Shown here piece after piece: positions 1 through 7,520 of a stretch of DNA of 9,838 nucleotides (position 1 is the stretch's first letter; each line of letters opens with the position of its first letter). The translations under genes were made by a program, and so were the position numbers. The stretch is taken from positions 1 through 9,838 of the forward strand of contig JAFUGB010000386.1 in NCBI GenBank assembly GCA_017469605.1. The letters run 5' to 3'. The DNA is from Clostridia bacterium. GTDB lineage: Bacteria; Bacillota; Clostridia; Christensenellales; Aristaeellaceae. The notes under the pieces are model-generated. The model made no database searches. It was not told the origin of the DNA and saw nothing but the letters and a program-made list of their open reading frames with translations.

Positions 1-1156
1 GCGGCAACTTGCTTAAATCGGCGGTTTTCGGGGTGGGCAGCAGGGCATGGTGGTCGCTGACCTTGCTGTTGTCAAAAACGCGGCGGCTGATATACAGCTT
101 GCCGTCCTCCTTACGCTCCATGCCGGCTTCCAGGCCGCGGTAGGGCTCGGGCAGCGCCTTCAGCGTCTGATACAGCTTGGGGATCATATCCATGGGCAGG
201 TAGCGGCTGTCGGTGCGCGGATAGGTGAGCAGCTTCCATTTTTCGTACAGCGCCTGGGCGATTTTCAGCGTTTTATCGGCGGTAAAGCCCAGGGTGCTGT
301 TGGCATCCCGCTGCAAAGAAGTAAGATCATACAGCTGGGGCGGCAGCTCCCTTTTCTCCTCGCTGGAGGCGCTGCGCACCGTTGCGGTTTTGCCCTTGAC
401 CCTGGCCGCCAGCTCCTCGGCCTTTTCCCTGGTGGGAACGCGGCCCGCGGTTTTTTCCTCCGCCGCTTTTTCATCAAACCATTGGCCGGTGTAATCGCCA
501 AAGTCCGCCGTGACGGTAAAGTATTCCACCGGTTTGAAGTTTTCAATTTCCTTCCGGCGCTTCACCAGGATATTCAGCGTGGGCGTCTGCACCCGGCCGA
601 TGGAAAGCAGGGCGTTATAGCGCAGGGTAAAGGCCCGGCTGGCGTTCATGCCCACCAGCCAGTCGGCCTCGCTGCGGCACACCGCGCTTTTGCGCAGGCC
701 CTCGTATTCGCTGTCAGGCTTGATGGCTTCAAAGCCCTCCCGGATGGCCTCGTCGGTCATGGAGGAGATCCACAGCCGGTCCACAGGCTTTTTGCACTTG
801 GCCTGGTCGTAGATGTAATGAAAAATCAATTCACCCTCGCGCCCGGCGTCGGTGGCGCAGATCACGCGCTCGGTATCCTTATCATTGATCAGCTTTTTGA
901 TCACCGAAAACTGCTTCTTGGTTTTGCTGATCACCTTGGTGGGGATATTCTCCGGCAGGATGGGCAGATCGTCCATCCGCCATTTTTTGTATTTTTCGTC
1001 GATCTCGTCGGGCTCGCACAGCGTCACCAGATGGCCCACCGCCCAGGTAACGGTGTATTTCTCCCCGGCGATGCAGCCCTCGCCGTTCTGCCGGCAGCCC
1101 AGCACCCGGGCGATATCGCGGCCCACGCTGGGCTTTTCGGCTACGATTACGATCAT
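1..1156 (-). CDS. topB: DNA topoisomerase III (type IA), N-terminal 385 codons; the rest lies beyond the left window edge
   Basis: Hand translation of the minus strand from the ATG (complement of 1154-1156) gives MIVIVAEKPSVGRDIARVLGCRQNG... It stays open for 385 codons to the window edge. TOPRIM features are present: AEKPS with the acidic Glu7, and TDAGREGE at aa 102-109. The type IA active-site signature LTYPRTDSRYL is present, with predicted catalytic Tyr312 at codon 221-223. An AAGGAG SD (complement of 1164-1169) lies 7 nt upstream of the ATG. AEKPS rather than the VESPAKA-type N-terminus argues for topo III over topo I. The gene is absent from the ORF track only because it has no stop in the window. 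Confidence 0.88.
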   Translation of the reverse strand, partial: MIVIVAEKPSVGRDIARVLGCRQNGEGCIAGEKYTVTWAVGHLVTLCEPDEIDEKYKKWRMDDLPILPENIPTKVISKTKKQFSVIKKLINDKDTERVICATDAGREGELIFHYIYDQAKCKKPVDRLWISSMTDEAIREGFEAIKPDSEYEGLRKSAVCRSEADWLVGMNASRAFTLRYNALLSIGRVQTPTLNILVKRRKEIENFKPVEYFTVTADFGDYTGQWFDEKAAEEKTAGRVPTREKAEELAARVKGKTATVRSASSEEKRELPPQLYDLTSLQRDANSTLGFTADKTLKIAQALYEKWKLLTYPRTDSRYLPMDMIPKLYQTLKALPEPYRGLEAGMERKEDGKLYISRRVFDNSKVSDHHALLPTPKTADLSKLP

Positions 1157-1167
1157 TGGTTTTCTCC

Positions 1168-2238
1168 TTATCCCAGCGCCTTCAGCTTTTCGGCCTGGTC
1201 CTCCACCGTGAGGGCGTCGATGATCTCGTCCAGGTCGCCGTCCACGATGGCGTCTATTTTGTACAGCGTCAGCCCCACCCGATGGTCGGTGACCCGGCCC
1301 TGGGGAAAATTGTAGGTGCGGATGCGCTCGTTGCGCTCGCCGGTGCCCACCTGGGCGCGGCGATTTTCGGCATAGGCGCTGTCAGCCTGACTGCGGTACA
1401 GGCTGTACAGGCGGCTGGCCAGCACCTTCATGGCCTTTTCCTTGTTTTTCAGCTGGCTTTTTTCGTCCTGGCAGGTAACCACGGTGCTGGTGGGCAGGTG
1501 CGTAATGCGCACGGCGCTGTCCGTGCGGTTGATGTACTGGCCGCCGTGGCCGCTGGCGCGGTAGGTATCAATCCGCAGGTCCTCGGGCTTGATGTCCACC
1601 TCCACAGTCTCGGCCTCGGGCAGCACGGCCACAGTGGCGGTGCTGGTATGGATGCGCCCGCCGGCCTCGGTGACCGGCACGCGCTGGATGCGGTGCACCC
1701 CGCTTTCAAACTTAAGCCGGCTGAACGCGCCGCGGCCCGCAATGGTGACCACGGCCTCCTTGACGCCGCCCAGCTCGGTATCATTGACGCTGGTCACCGA
1801 CGCCTGCCAGCCTTTGCGCTCGGCATAGCGCATGTACATGCGCAGCAGCAGCGCGGCAAACAGGCTGGCTTCGTCGCCGCCGGCCCCGGCGCGCACCTCC
1901 AATATCACATTGCGCTGGTCGTTGGGATCCTGGGGGATCAGGAACAGCTTGAGCCTTTCGGCTTCGGCCTTTTCCCTTTCGGACAATTCCCGCGCTTCCT
2001 CCCGGGCGATCTCCCCCATATCGGGATCGTCCACCAGCTCCCGGGCGTCGTTTAAATCGGCACACAGCTTCAAATAGCCCAGCCACGCGTTCACGGCGGG
2101 TTCCAGCTGGGCGCGCTCCCGGTTCAGCTTTTGCCAGCGCGGGATATCCGCCATGATGTCAGGCTGCGCCACCGCCTCGGAAAGCTCCTCCAGACGGCCG
2201 CGCATCCATTCAAATTTTTCAGAATATTTCTCTTCCAT
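1168..2238 (-). CDS. prfA: peptide chain release factor 1
   Basis: 356-aa ORF in the track. The GGQ motif sits in [22 protein letters not shown] (GGQ codons 1537-1545). The RF1-type P-x-T anticodon tripeptide is in [14 protein letters not shown]; the SPF tripeptide of RF2 is absent. No internal frameshift site. A GAAAGG SD (complement of 2244-2249) lies 5 nt upstream of the ATG. TAA stop at 1168-1170. Confidence 0.97.
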   Translation of the reverse strand: MEEKYSEKFEWMRGRLEELSEAVAQPDIMADIPRWQKLNRERAQLEPAVNAWLGYLKLCADLNDARELVDDPDMGEIAREEARELSEREKAEAERLKLFLIPQDPNDQRNVILEVRAGAGGDEASLFAALLLRMYMRYAERKGWQASVTSVNDTELGGVKEAVVTIAGRGAFSRLKFESGVHRIQRVPVTEAGGRIHTSTATVAVLPEAETVEVDIKPEDLRIDTYRASGHGGQYINRTDSAVRITHLPTSTVVTCQDEKSQLKNKEKAMKVLASRLYSLYRSQADSAYAENRRAQVGTGERNERIRTYNFPQGRVTDHRVGLTLYKIDAIVDGDLDEIIDALTVEDQAEKLKALG

Positions 2239-2252
2239 GCAAACCTTTCAGC

Positions 2253-2272
2253 CCGCGGCAGCCTGGCCGCGG
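2253..2272 (-). promoter_or_regulatory. GC-rich 7-bp stem / 6-nt loop hairpin at the predicted 5' end of the prfA mRNA
   Basis: ccgcggc (2253-2259) pairs perfectly with gccgcgg (2266-2272). The hairpin lies between the predicted prfA -10 box (2284-2289) and the prfA SD (2244-2249), so it would form within the first ~25 nt of the transcript. The function (5' stabiliser) is inferred only. Confidence 0.35.
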
Positions 2273-2283
2273 CGGCGTTTTTT

Positions 2284-2313
2284 ATTATATCATAGATCGG
2301 CGGCGCTTGCCAA
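2284..2313 (-). promoter_or_regulatory. sigma-A-type promoter for prfA(-topB)
   Basis: Read on the minus strand: TTGGCA (complement of 2308-2313), 18-nt spacer, TGA-TATAAT (extended -10; TATAAT is the complement of 2284-2289). About 45 nt upstream of the prfA ATG. Confidence 0.55.
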
Positions 2314-2347
2314 GGCGGCTTTTTAGCGGGAATGAAGTGTATTAATA

Positions 2348-2376
2348 TTGAAATAACATGCCGCGTGATGTATAAT
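2348..2376 (+). promoter_or_regulatory. sigma-A-type promoter for the c-di-GMP signalling gene
   Basis: TTGAAA (2348-2353), exact 17-nt spacer, consensus TATAAT (2371-2376), with an AT-rich stretch (tgtattaatat) immediately upstream. Predicts a 5' UTR of about 85 nt before the ATG at 2468. Confidence 0.6.
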
Positions 2377-2467
2377 TGAAAGGACGTGCGTATGTCTGTT
2401 TTTCGGCAGGATACGGGCGATATGCGGAAAGCTGTTATGCGTTTAAATACAGGAGGCTGCGCGGTTT

Positions 2468-5400
2468 ATGCTGAAGAGCCATGAAAAATTCCACTCCGCC
2501 AACGGCAAGCGGACGATCCTGGTCGTGGATGATGAAATGATCAACCGGGAGCTGCTGCGGAACGTTTTGGAGGGCGAATATGAGGTGCTGACGGCCGAAA
2601 ACGGCCAGCAGGGCCTGCGCACCGTCCAGGAGCACAACGACACGCTTTCGCTGGTGCTGCTGGACCTGATGATGCCCGTCATGTCCGGCACCGAGATGCT
2701 CAGGTGCATGAAGGAAAACGCCGATACGGCGCAGATCCCCGTCATCGTGCTCACCTCTGACCAGACGGCCGAAGTGGAAAGCCTGAACCTGGGCGCCATT
2801 GATTTTATTCCAAAGCCCTATCCCCAGGCCGGGGTGATCCTGGCGCGCATCCGCCGCACCATTGAGCTCAGCGAGGACCGGGACATCATCCGTTCCACCG
2901 AGCGCGATCCGCTCACCGGCCTGTATAACCGGGAGTATTTCTATCGCTACGCCGAACAGTTTGACCAGTTTCACAAGGAAATGGACATGGACGCCATCGT
3001 GGTGGATATTTTCCATTTTCATTTGATCAACGAGCGTTTTGGCACGGCCTATGGCGACAGCATCCTACGCCAGGTGGGCGAAAAGGCCCGGGAGGTCGTT
3101 CAGGCGTCGGGCGGGATCGTGTGCCGCCGGGAGGCCGATACCTTCCTGGTGTATTGCCCTCACCGCACCGATTATGAAGAAATCCTGCTGAACGCCTCCA
3201 TCGCCCTGGGCGAGGGGCAGGGCAAGGAAAACCGGGTGCGCCTGCGCATGGGCGTATATTCCAATGTGGATAAATCCATCGATATCGAACGCCGGTTTGA
3301 CCGCGCCAAGGCGGCGGCCGATACCGTGCGCGCCAGCGTGACCAAAACCATCGCCATCTACGATAACGCCCTGCATGAAAAGGAGCTCTACGAGGAGCAG
3401 CTGGTGGAGGATTTCCACCGCGCCATCCGGGAAGAGCAGTTCCAGGTTTACTACCAGCCCAAGTTTGACGTGCGGCCCGAAATCCCCGAGCTGTCCAGCG
3501 CCGAGGCGCTGATCCGCTGGCTCCATCCCCAGCTTGGCATGATCAGCCCGGGCGTGTTTATTCCCCTGTTTGAGGAAAACGGCCTGATCCAGGAGCTGGA
3601 TACCTATGTATGGGAGCATGCCGCCGCCCAGATCCAGGACTGGAAACGGCGCTTTCGCTTTGTGGTGCCGGTTTCGGTCAACGTGTCCCGCATTGACATG
3701 TACGATCCCAACCTGATCGATACCCTCCAGCGCATCCTGCGGGAGCATGAGCTGACGCCGGGTGAGTTTTTGCTGGAGATCACCGAATCGGCCTATACCC
3801 AGGATTCGGCCCAGATCATCCAGACCGTGCACCGCCTGCGCGATTTAGGCTTCCAGATCGAGATGGACGATTTTGGCACGGGCTATTCCTCGCTGAATAT
3901 GATTTCCACCTTGCCCATCGACGCGCTGAAACTGGATATGCAGTTTATCCGCAACGCCTTCAGCCAGCGCAAGGATACCCGCATGCTGGAGGTCATCATT
4001 GACATCGCTGATTATCTCTCCGTGCCCGTCATTGCCGAGGGCGTGGAAACCGAGGAACAGCTCACCGCCCTCAAGGCCATGGGCTGCGATATCGTGCAGG
4101 GGTATTATTTCTCCAAGCCCATCCCGGCCGCCAAGTATGAGCACTTTGTGGTGGAGCGCATGCGCCGCGACAGCGCGATCAGGGAAAGCGGCCCCGCCCT
4201 TCGCCGCCGCGCCGCGAAAAACCGGGCCAAGCAGGATATGGCCATCGGCGGTATTGCCCACGCGCTTTCCTCCGGCTTTGAAAGCATCTACTATGTGGAT
4301 ATCAGCAATGACCATTATGTGGAGTTCAGTTCCCAGGGCCAGTATAACGATTTGCAGATCCAGCGCAGCGGATCGGATTTCTTCACCGATACCCAAAACA
4401 ATATCCCGCGGGTGGTGTTTGCCGAGGATCAGGCCCGGGTCTCCCTTTCCCTGCAGAAGGAAACGCTGCTGGCCCAGCTGATGGGAAATCAGCCCTTTAC
4501 CATGACCTATCGCCTGGTCATCAACGGCAGGCCGCTGTATTATCACCTGAAGGCCATCCGGACCGCCGTCCGGGATCATCATATTGTGATTGGCGTCAGC
4601 AACGTGGATGCCGAAATGCGCCGCCAGAAGGAGAGCATCACCTATTCCAGCATCGCTCAGGCCCTGGCCAACGACTATTTCAGCATTTACTATGTGGATA
4701 CCAATACCGACCGATTTGTGGAGTACAGCTCCCATGAGGATTTTCAGGATCTGAGCATTGAAAAAGGCGGTGAGGATTTCTTCGCCCGGGTCCGGGCAGA
4801 CGCCCTGCGGATGATCTATCCCGAGGATCAGGAAATGGTCATGACAGCGCTGAAAAAGGAAACACTGATGGCAACGCTGGAAGCCAACGGCATCTTTACC
4901 CTGACCTACCGGCTGATCTTGGACGGCAAGCCCACCTACGTGCATATGAAGGCCAGCCGCATGGCCGATAAGGACGATCCCCATATCGTCATTGGCGTCA
5001 GCTCCATCGATGCCCAGATCCGGCGGGAGCAGGAGCAGGAGCGTGAGCTGGCGCAAGCCAGGGAATTGGCCAACCGTGACCCGCTCACCGGCGTTAAGAG
5101 CAAGCACGCCTTTGTGGAAGCCGAAGCCCAATGGAATGAAAAGCTGCGGGAGAACAAGGCCGATCCCTTCGCCGTAGCCTACTGCGATTTAAACGGACTC
5201 AAGCAGGTCAACGACACCATGGGCCATAATGCGGGCGATCTGTTTATCCAGCGCGCCTGCTCCATCATCTGCAACATCTTTAAGCACAGCCCGGTCTACC
5301 GGGTGGGCGGAGACGAATTTGTGGCCATCCTGTCCGGCCAGGATTACCAGCACCGCGAAACGCTGCTGAATGCCTTTGCGGACATGAACCGGGAGCATTC

Positions 5401-5536
5401 TCAGTCCCAGGAGGTCATTATCGCCTGCGGCCTTTCAAGCTATCGGCCCGGCAGCGACAGGGTTTTTGAGGATGTGCTCAAGCGGGCGGATGAGCGGATG
5501 TACGAAAACAAGGCCGCGCTGAAGGTGGAGCGGTAA
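2468..5536 (+). CDS. multidomain c-di-GMP turnover protein: response-regulator receiver / degenerate GGDEF / EAL phosphodiesterase / 2 x PAS-like sensor / intact GGDEF diguanylate cyclase
   Basis: 1022-aa ORF; AGGAGG SD at 2451-2456. REC, aa ~16-130 (nt 2513-2857): VVDDE, phospho-acceptor D66 in LVLLDLMMP (codon 2663-2665), T96, K116 in IPKP. GGDEF no. 1, aa ~147-300 (nt 2906-3367): starts DPLTGLYNR, but the signature reads R-R-E-A-D-T-F (EADTF, nt 3131-3145). EAL, aa ~314-556 (nt 3407-4135): YYQPK, AEALIRW (EAL codons 3503-3511), VNVS, EITES, DDFGTGYSSL, KLD, AEGVET, QGYYFSKP, so the catalytic motif set looks complete. PAS-like A is aa ~594-722 (nt 4247-4633) and PAS-like B is aa ~727-856 (nt 4646-5035). 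GGDEF no. 2, aa ~868-1020 (nt 5069-5527): DPLTGV, CDLNGLKQVND, GHNAGD, RVGGDEF (GGDEF codons 5306-5320). TAA stop at 5534-5536. Confidence 0.93.
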   Translation: MLKSHEKFHSANGKRTILVVDDEMINRELLRNVLEGEYEVLTAENGQQGLRTVQEHNDTLSLVLLDLMMPVMSGTEMLRCMKENADTAQIPVIVLTSDQTAEVESLNLGAIDFIPKPYPQAGVILARIRRTIELSEDRDIIRSTERDPLTGLYNREYFYRYAEQFDQFHKEMDMDAIVVDIFHFHLINERFGTAYGDSILRQVGEKAREVVQASGGIVCRREADTFLVYCPHRTDYEEILLNASIALGEGQGKENRVRLRMGVYSNVDKSIDIERRFDRAKAAADTVRASVTKTIAIYDNALHEKELYEEQLVEDFHRAIREEQFQVYYQPKFDVRPEIPELSSAEALIRWLHPQLGMISPGVFIPLFEENGLIQELDTYVWEHAAAQIQDWKRRFRFVVPVSVNVSRIDMYDPNLIDTLQRILREHELTPGEFLLEITESAYTQDSAQIIQTVHRLRDLGFQIEMDDFGTGYSSLNMISTLPIDALKLDMQFIRNAFSQRKDTRMLEVIIDIADYLSVPVIAEGVETEEQLTALKAMGCDIVQGYYFSKPIPAAKYEHFVVERMRRDSAIRESGPALRRRAAKNRAKQDMAIGGIAHALSSGFESIYYVDISNDHYVEFSSQGQYNDLQIQRSGSDFFTDTQNNIPRVVFAEDQARVSLSLQKETLLAQLMGNQPFTMTYRLVINGRPLYYHLKAIRTAVRDHHIVIGVSNVDAEMRRQKESITYSSIAQALANDYFSIYYVDTNTDRFVEYSSHEDFQDLSIEKGGEDFFARVRADALRMIYPEDQEMVMTALKKETLMATLEANGIFTLTYRLILDGKPTYVHMKASRMADKDDPHIVIGVSSIDAQIRREQEQERELAQARELANRDPLTGVKSKHAFVEAEAQWNEKLRENKADPFAVAYCDLNGLKQVNDTMGHNAGDLFIQRACSIICNIFKHSPVYRVGGDEFVAILSGQDYQHRETLLNAFADMNREHSQSQEVIIACGLSSYRPGSDRVFEDVLKRADERMYENKAALKVER
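4247..5035 (+). repeat. intragenic tandem duplication: two PAS_3-like sensor modules of ~130 aa each
   Basis: Module A: GIAHALSSGFESIYYVDISNDHYVEFSS...FAEDQARV...FTMTYRLVINGRPLYYHLKA...HHIVIGVSNVDAEMRRQKE. Module B: SIAQALANDYFSIYYVDTNTDRFVEYSS...YPEDQEMV...FTLTYRLILDGKPTYVHMKA...PHIVIGVSSIDAQIRREQE. By hand alignment about 60 of ~129 positions are identical, with one 1-residue gap. The (I/Y)PEDxxxV ... YR(L)xxxxG ... GVxxDI pattern is PAS_3-like. Confidence 0.75.
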
Positions 5537-5622
5537 CCGCCGGTATGTCGCGAAGGCGAAAAAATGATGGAAACGCTGGCGCAGGTGCTCAGTGGAAAGC
5601 ATTGACAAACCGGGATAAGACC

Positions 5623-5668
5623 AACGGGGGCGTACTTTCTTGGAAACCCAAGAAAGTACGCCCCCGTT
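5623..5668. terminator. perfect 21-bp stem / 4-nt loop hairpin between convergent genes; probable bidirectional terminator
   Basis: aacgggggcgtactttcttgg (5623-5643), loop aaac (5644-5647), ccaagaaagtacgcccccgtt (5648-5668), an exact reverse complement. It lies 86 nt after the stop of the c-di-GMP gene and 43 nt after the lepA stop. There is no clear U-tract on either side (+: cgcttcctcccc; -: ggtcttatcccgg), so it is not a canonical intrinsic terminator. Confidence 0.6.
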
Positions 5669-5711
5669 CGCTTCCTCCCCCGCAAATCCCGGGCTGCGTC
5701 AGCCTTCAGCA

Positions 5712-7520
5712 TCAGTCGTCGTTCATCTTCAGCACCTTCATAAAGGCTTCGCTGGGCACCTCCACGGTGCCGAACTGGCGCATGCGTTTTTTGCCTTCCT
5801 TCTGTTTTTCCAGCAGCTTCTTTTTGCGTGTGATATCGCCGCCATAGCACTTGGCCAGCACGTCCTTGCGCACGGCCTTGACCGTTTCCCGGGCGATAAC
5901 CTTGCCGCCGATGGCCGCCTGGATGGGGATATCAAACTGCTGCCGCGGGATGACCTCCACCAGCTTTTCGGCAATGCTGCGGCCCCGGGCATAAGCCCGG
6001 TCACGGTGCACGATCATGGTAAAGGCATCGCAGATATCGCCGTTGAGCAGGAAATCCAGTTTGACCAAATCGCTGGGCATATAGCCCTTGAGCTCATAAT
6101 CCATGCTGGCGTAGCCCCGGCTGCGGCTCTTCAGGGAATCAAAAAAATCAAAAATGACCTCGTTCAGCGGGATATCGTAGGTCAGCTTCACGCGGCCGCC
6201 CTCATACTGCATATCTTTAAACACGCCGCGTTTTTCCTGGCACAGGTCCATCAGCGTACCCACATAATCCTGGGGCGTATAGATGGTCACCAGCACAAAG
6301 GGCTCCCGCATTTCAGCAATCTCGGTCACCGGCGGCAGGCTGGTAGGGTTATCGATCATGAGCTGCTCGCCATTGGTCTTGATGACCTCGTAAATGACGC
6401 TGGGCACGGTGGTGACCAGGTCAAGATCAAACTCCCGCTCAAGGCGCATCTGGATGATTTCCATATGCAAAAGGCCCAGAAAGCCGCAGCGGAAGCCATA
6501 GCCCAATGCCACGCTGGTTTCGGGCTCATAGGACAGCGCGGCGTCGTTCATGCGCAGCTTTTCCAGCGCGTCCTTCAGGTTTTCATAATCCGCGCCGTCG
6601 GCGGGATAAATGCCGCAATAAACCATGGGCGTCACTTCACGGTAGCCGGGCAGGGCTTCATCCGCCGGATTGGCGGCATCGGTAATGGTATCGCCCACCC
6701 GGGTATCCCGCAGGTCCTTGATGCTGGCGGCAATGTATCCCACCTCGCCGGCCAGCAGCTCGCTTGCCGGCTCGGGCCCAGGGCTCAGGTAGCCGGTTTC
6801 CACCACGTCAAATTCGGCCCCGGTCTGCATCATGCGCATGCGCATGCCGGGATACACCCGGCCTTCCATAACGCGCACATAGCAGATAGCGCCCCGATAG
6901 TTATCATACTTAGCGTCAAACACCAGCGCCTTCAGGGGTTTCTTTTCGTCACCCTCGGGCGGGGGCATATGGGTGACCACAGCCTCCAGCACGTCCTCAA
7001 TGCCGATGCCCTGCTTGGCGCTGGTCAGCGGGGCAAAGGAAGCGTCCAGGCCAATAACCTCCTCGATTTCCCGGCGCACCTCCTCGGGCTGGGCCGAGGG
7101 CAGATCGATTTTATTGATCACCGGGATGGTTTCCAGGTCATGCTCCAGGGCCATATACACGTTGGCCAGCGTTTGGGCCTCGATGCCCTGGGTGGCGTCC
7201 ACCACCAGCAGCGCGCCTTCGCAGGCAGCCAGCGCGCGGCTGACCTCATAGGTAAAGTCCACATGGCCAGGGGTATCGATCAGGTTGAGCACATAGGTCT
7301 GCCCGTCCCGGGCCTTGTAGTTCATGCGCACGGCCTTGCTCTTGATGGTGATACCGCGCTCACGCTCCAGCTCCATGCTGTCCAGGATCTGCTCCACCAT
7401 TTCACGCTTTTCAAACACGCCGGTAAGCTCCAGAATGCGGTCGGCCAGCGTGGATTTTCCGTGATCAATATGGGCGATGATGCAGAAATTGCGAATTTTG
7501 GAAAGTCTGTCGTTTGCCAT
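5712..7520 (-). CDS. lepA: elongation factor 4 (LepA), translational GTPase
   Basis: 602-aa ORF starting [34 protein letters not shown]. Contains G1 [10 protein letters not shown]3 DTPGH and G4 NKID. The length is typical for LepA and the C-terminal region ends ...[27 protein letters not shown]. An AAGGAGAAG SD (complement of 7527-7535) lies upstream of the ATG (complement of 7518-7520). Confidence 0.97.
   Translation of the reverse strand: MANDRLSKIRNFCIIAHIDHGKSTLADRILELTGVFEKREMVEQILDSMELERERGITIKSKAVRMNYKARDGQTYVLNLIDTPGHVDFTYEVSRALAACEGALLVVDATQGIEAQTLANVYMALEHDLETIPVINKIDLPSAQPEEVRREIEEVIGLDASFAPLTSAKQGIGIEDVLEAVVTHMPPPEGDEKKPLKALVFDAKYDNYRGAICYVRVMEGRVYPGMRMRMMQTGAEFDVVETGYLSPGPEPASELLAGEVGYIAASIKDLRDTRVGDTITDAANPADEALPGYREVTPMVYCGIYPADGADYENLKDALEKLRMNDAALSYEPETSVALGYGFRCGFLGLLHMEIIQMRLEREFDLDLVTTVPSVIYEVIKTNGEQLMIDNPTSLPPVTEIAEMREPFVLVTIYTPQDYVGTLMDLCQEKRGVFKDMQYEGGRVKLTYDIPLNEVIFDFFDSLKSRSRGYASMDYELKGYMPSDLVKLDFLLNGDICDAFTMIVHRDRAYARGRSIAEKLVEVIPRQQFDIPIQAAIGGKVIARETVKAVRKDVLAKCYGGDITRKKKLLEKQKEGKKRMRQFGTVEVPSEAFMKVLKMNDD

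Noticed and set aside
47-2055. Long plus-strand ORFs 47-1315 (422 aa) and 1156-2055 (299 aa)
   Set aside because: They lie antisense to topB and prfA, whose products carry unmistakable family motifs. Their translations are low-complexity Ala/Gly/Arg/Leu/Val-rich strings with no recognisable motifs. These are the shadow ORFs expected in GC-rich DNA.
2253-2283. Hairpin ccgcggc/gccgcgg followed by TTTTTT on the plus strand, resembling an intrinsic terminator
   Set aside because: No plus-strand gene lies upstream to be terminated; that strand is antisense to prfA. The T-run is 5 nt away from the stem. On the minus strand the same T-run is simply the A-rich stretch just downstream of the prfA -10 box. 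I therefore treat the hairpin as a prfA 5'-UTR structure.
2377-2467. Possible c-di-GMP (GEMM-type) riboswitch in the leader of a c-di-GMP enzyme gene
   Set aside because: I cannot find the conserved GEMM-I or GEMM-II sequence blocks or a convincing paired P1/P2 architecture by eye. An Infernal scan would be needed to revisit this.
2392-2484. 30-codon upstream ORF (MSVFRQDTGDMRKAVMRLNTGGCAVYAEEP) overlapping the SD and start of the c-di-GMP gene
   Set aside because: Its ATG lies only ~8-10 nt from the predicted TSS, so the weak AAAGGA upstream would not be transcribed. The internal ATGs lack convincing SDs. Nothing in the peptide suggests a known leader-peptide mechanism. It is not supportable from sequence alone.
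2435-5131. Minus-strand ORFs 2435-3022, 3065-3832 and 3845-5131 (up to 428 aa)
   Set aside because: They lie antisense to the 1022-aa GGDEF/EAL gene, have no motifs and show shadow-ORF composition. No SD or promoter context was found.
5565-5606. 13-codon mini-ORF (MMETLAQVLSGKH) in the gap after the c-di-GMP gene
   Set aside because: It is too short, has only a weak GAAGG upstream and has no promoter. It is indistinguishable from chance.
5602-5607. Perfect TTGACA -35 hexamer in the convergent intergenic region
   Set aside because: No -10-like hexamer lies 16-19 nt downstream (the sequence there is cggggg, inside the hairpin stem), and there is no downstream plus-strand gene.
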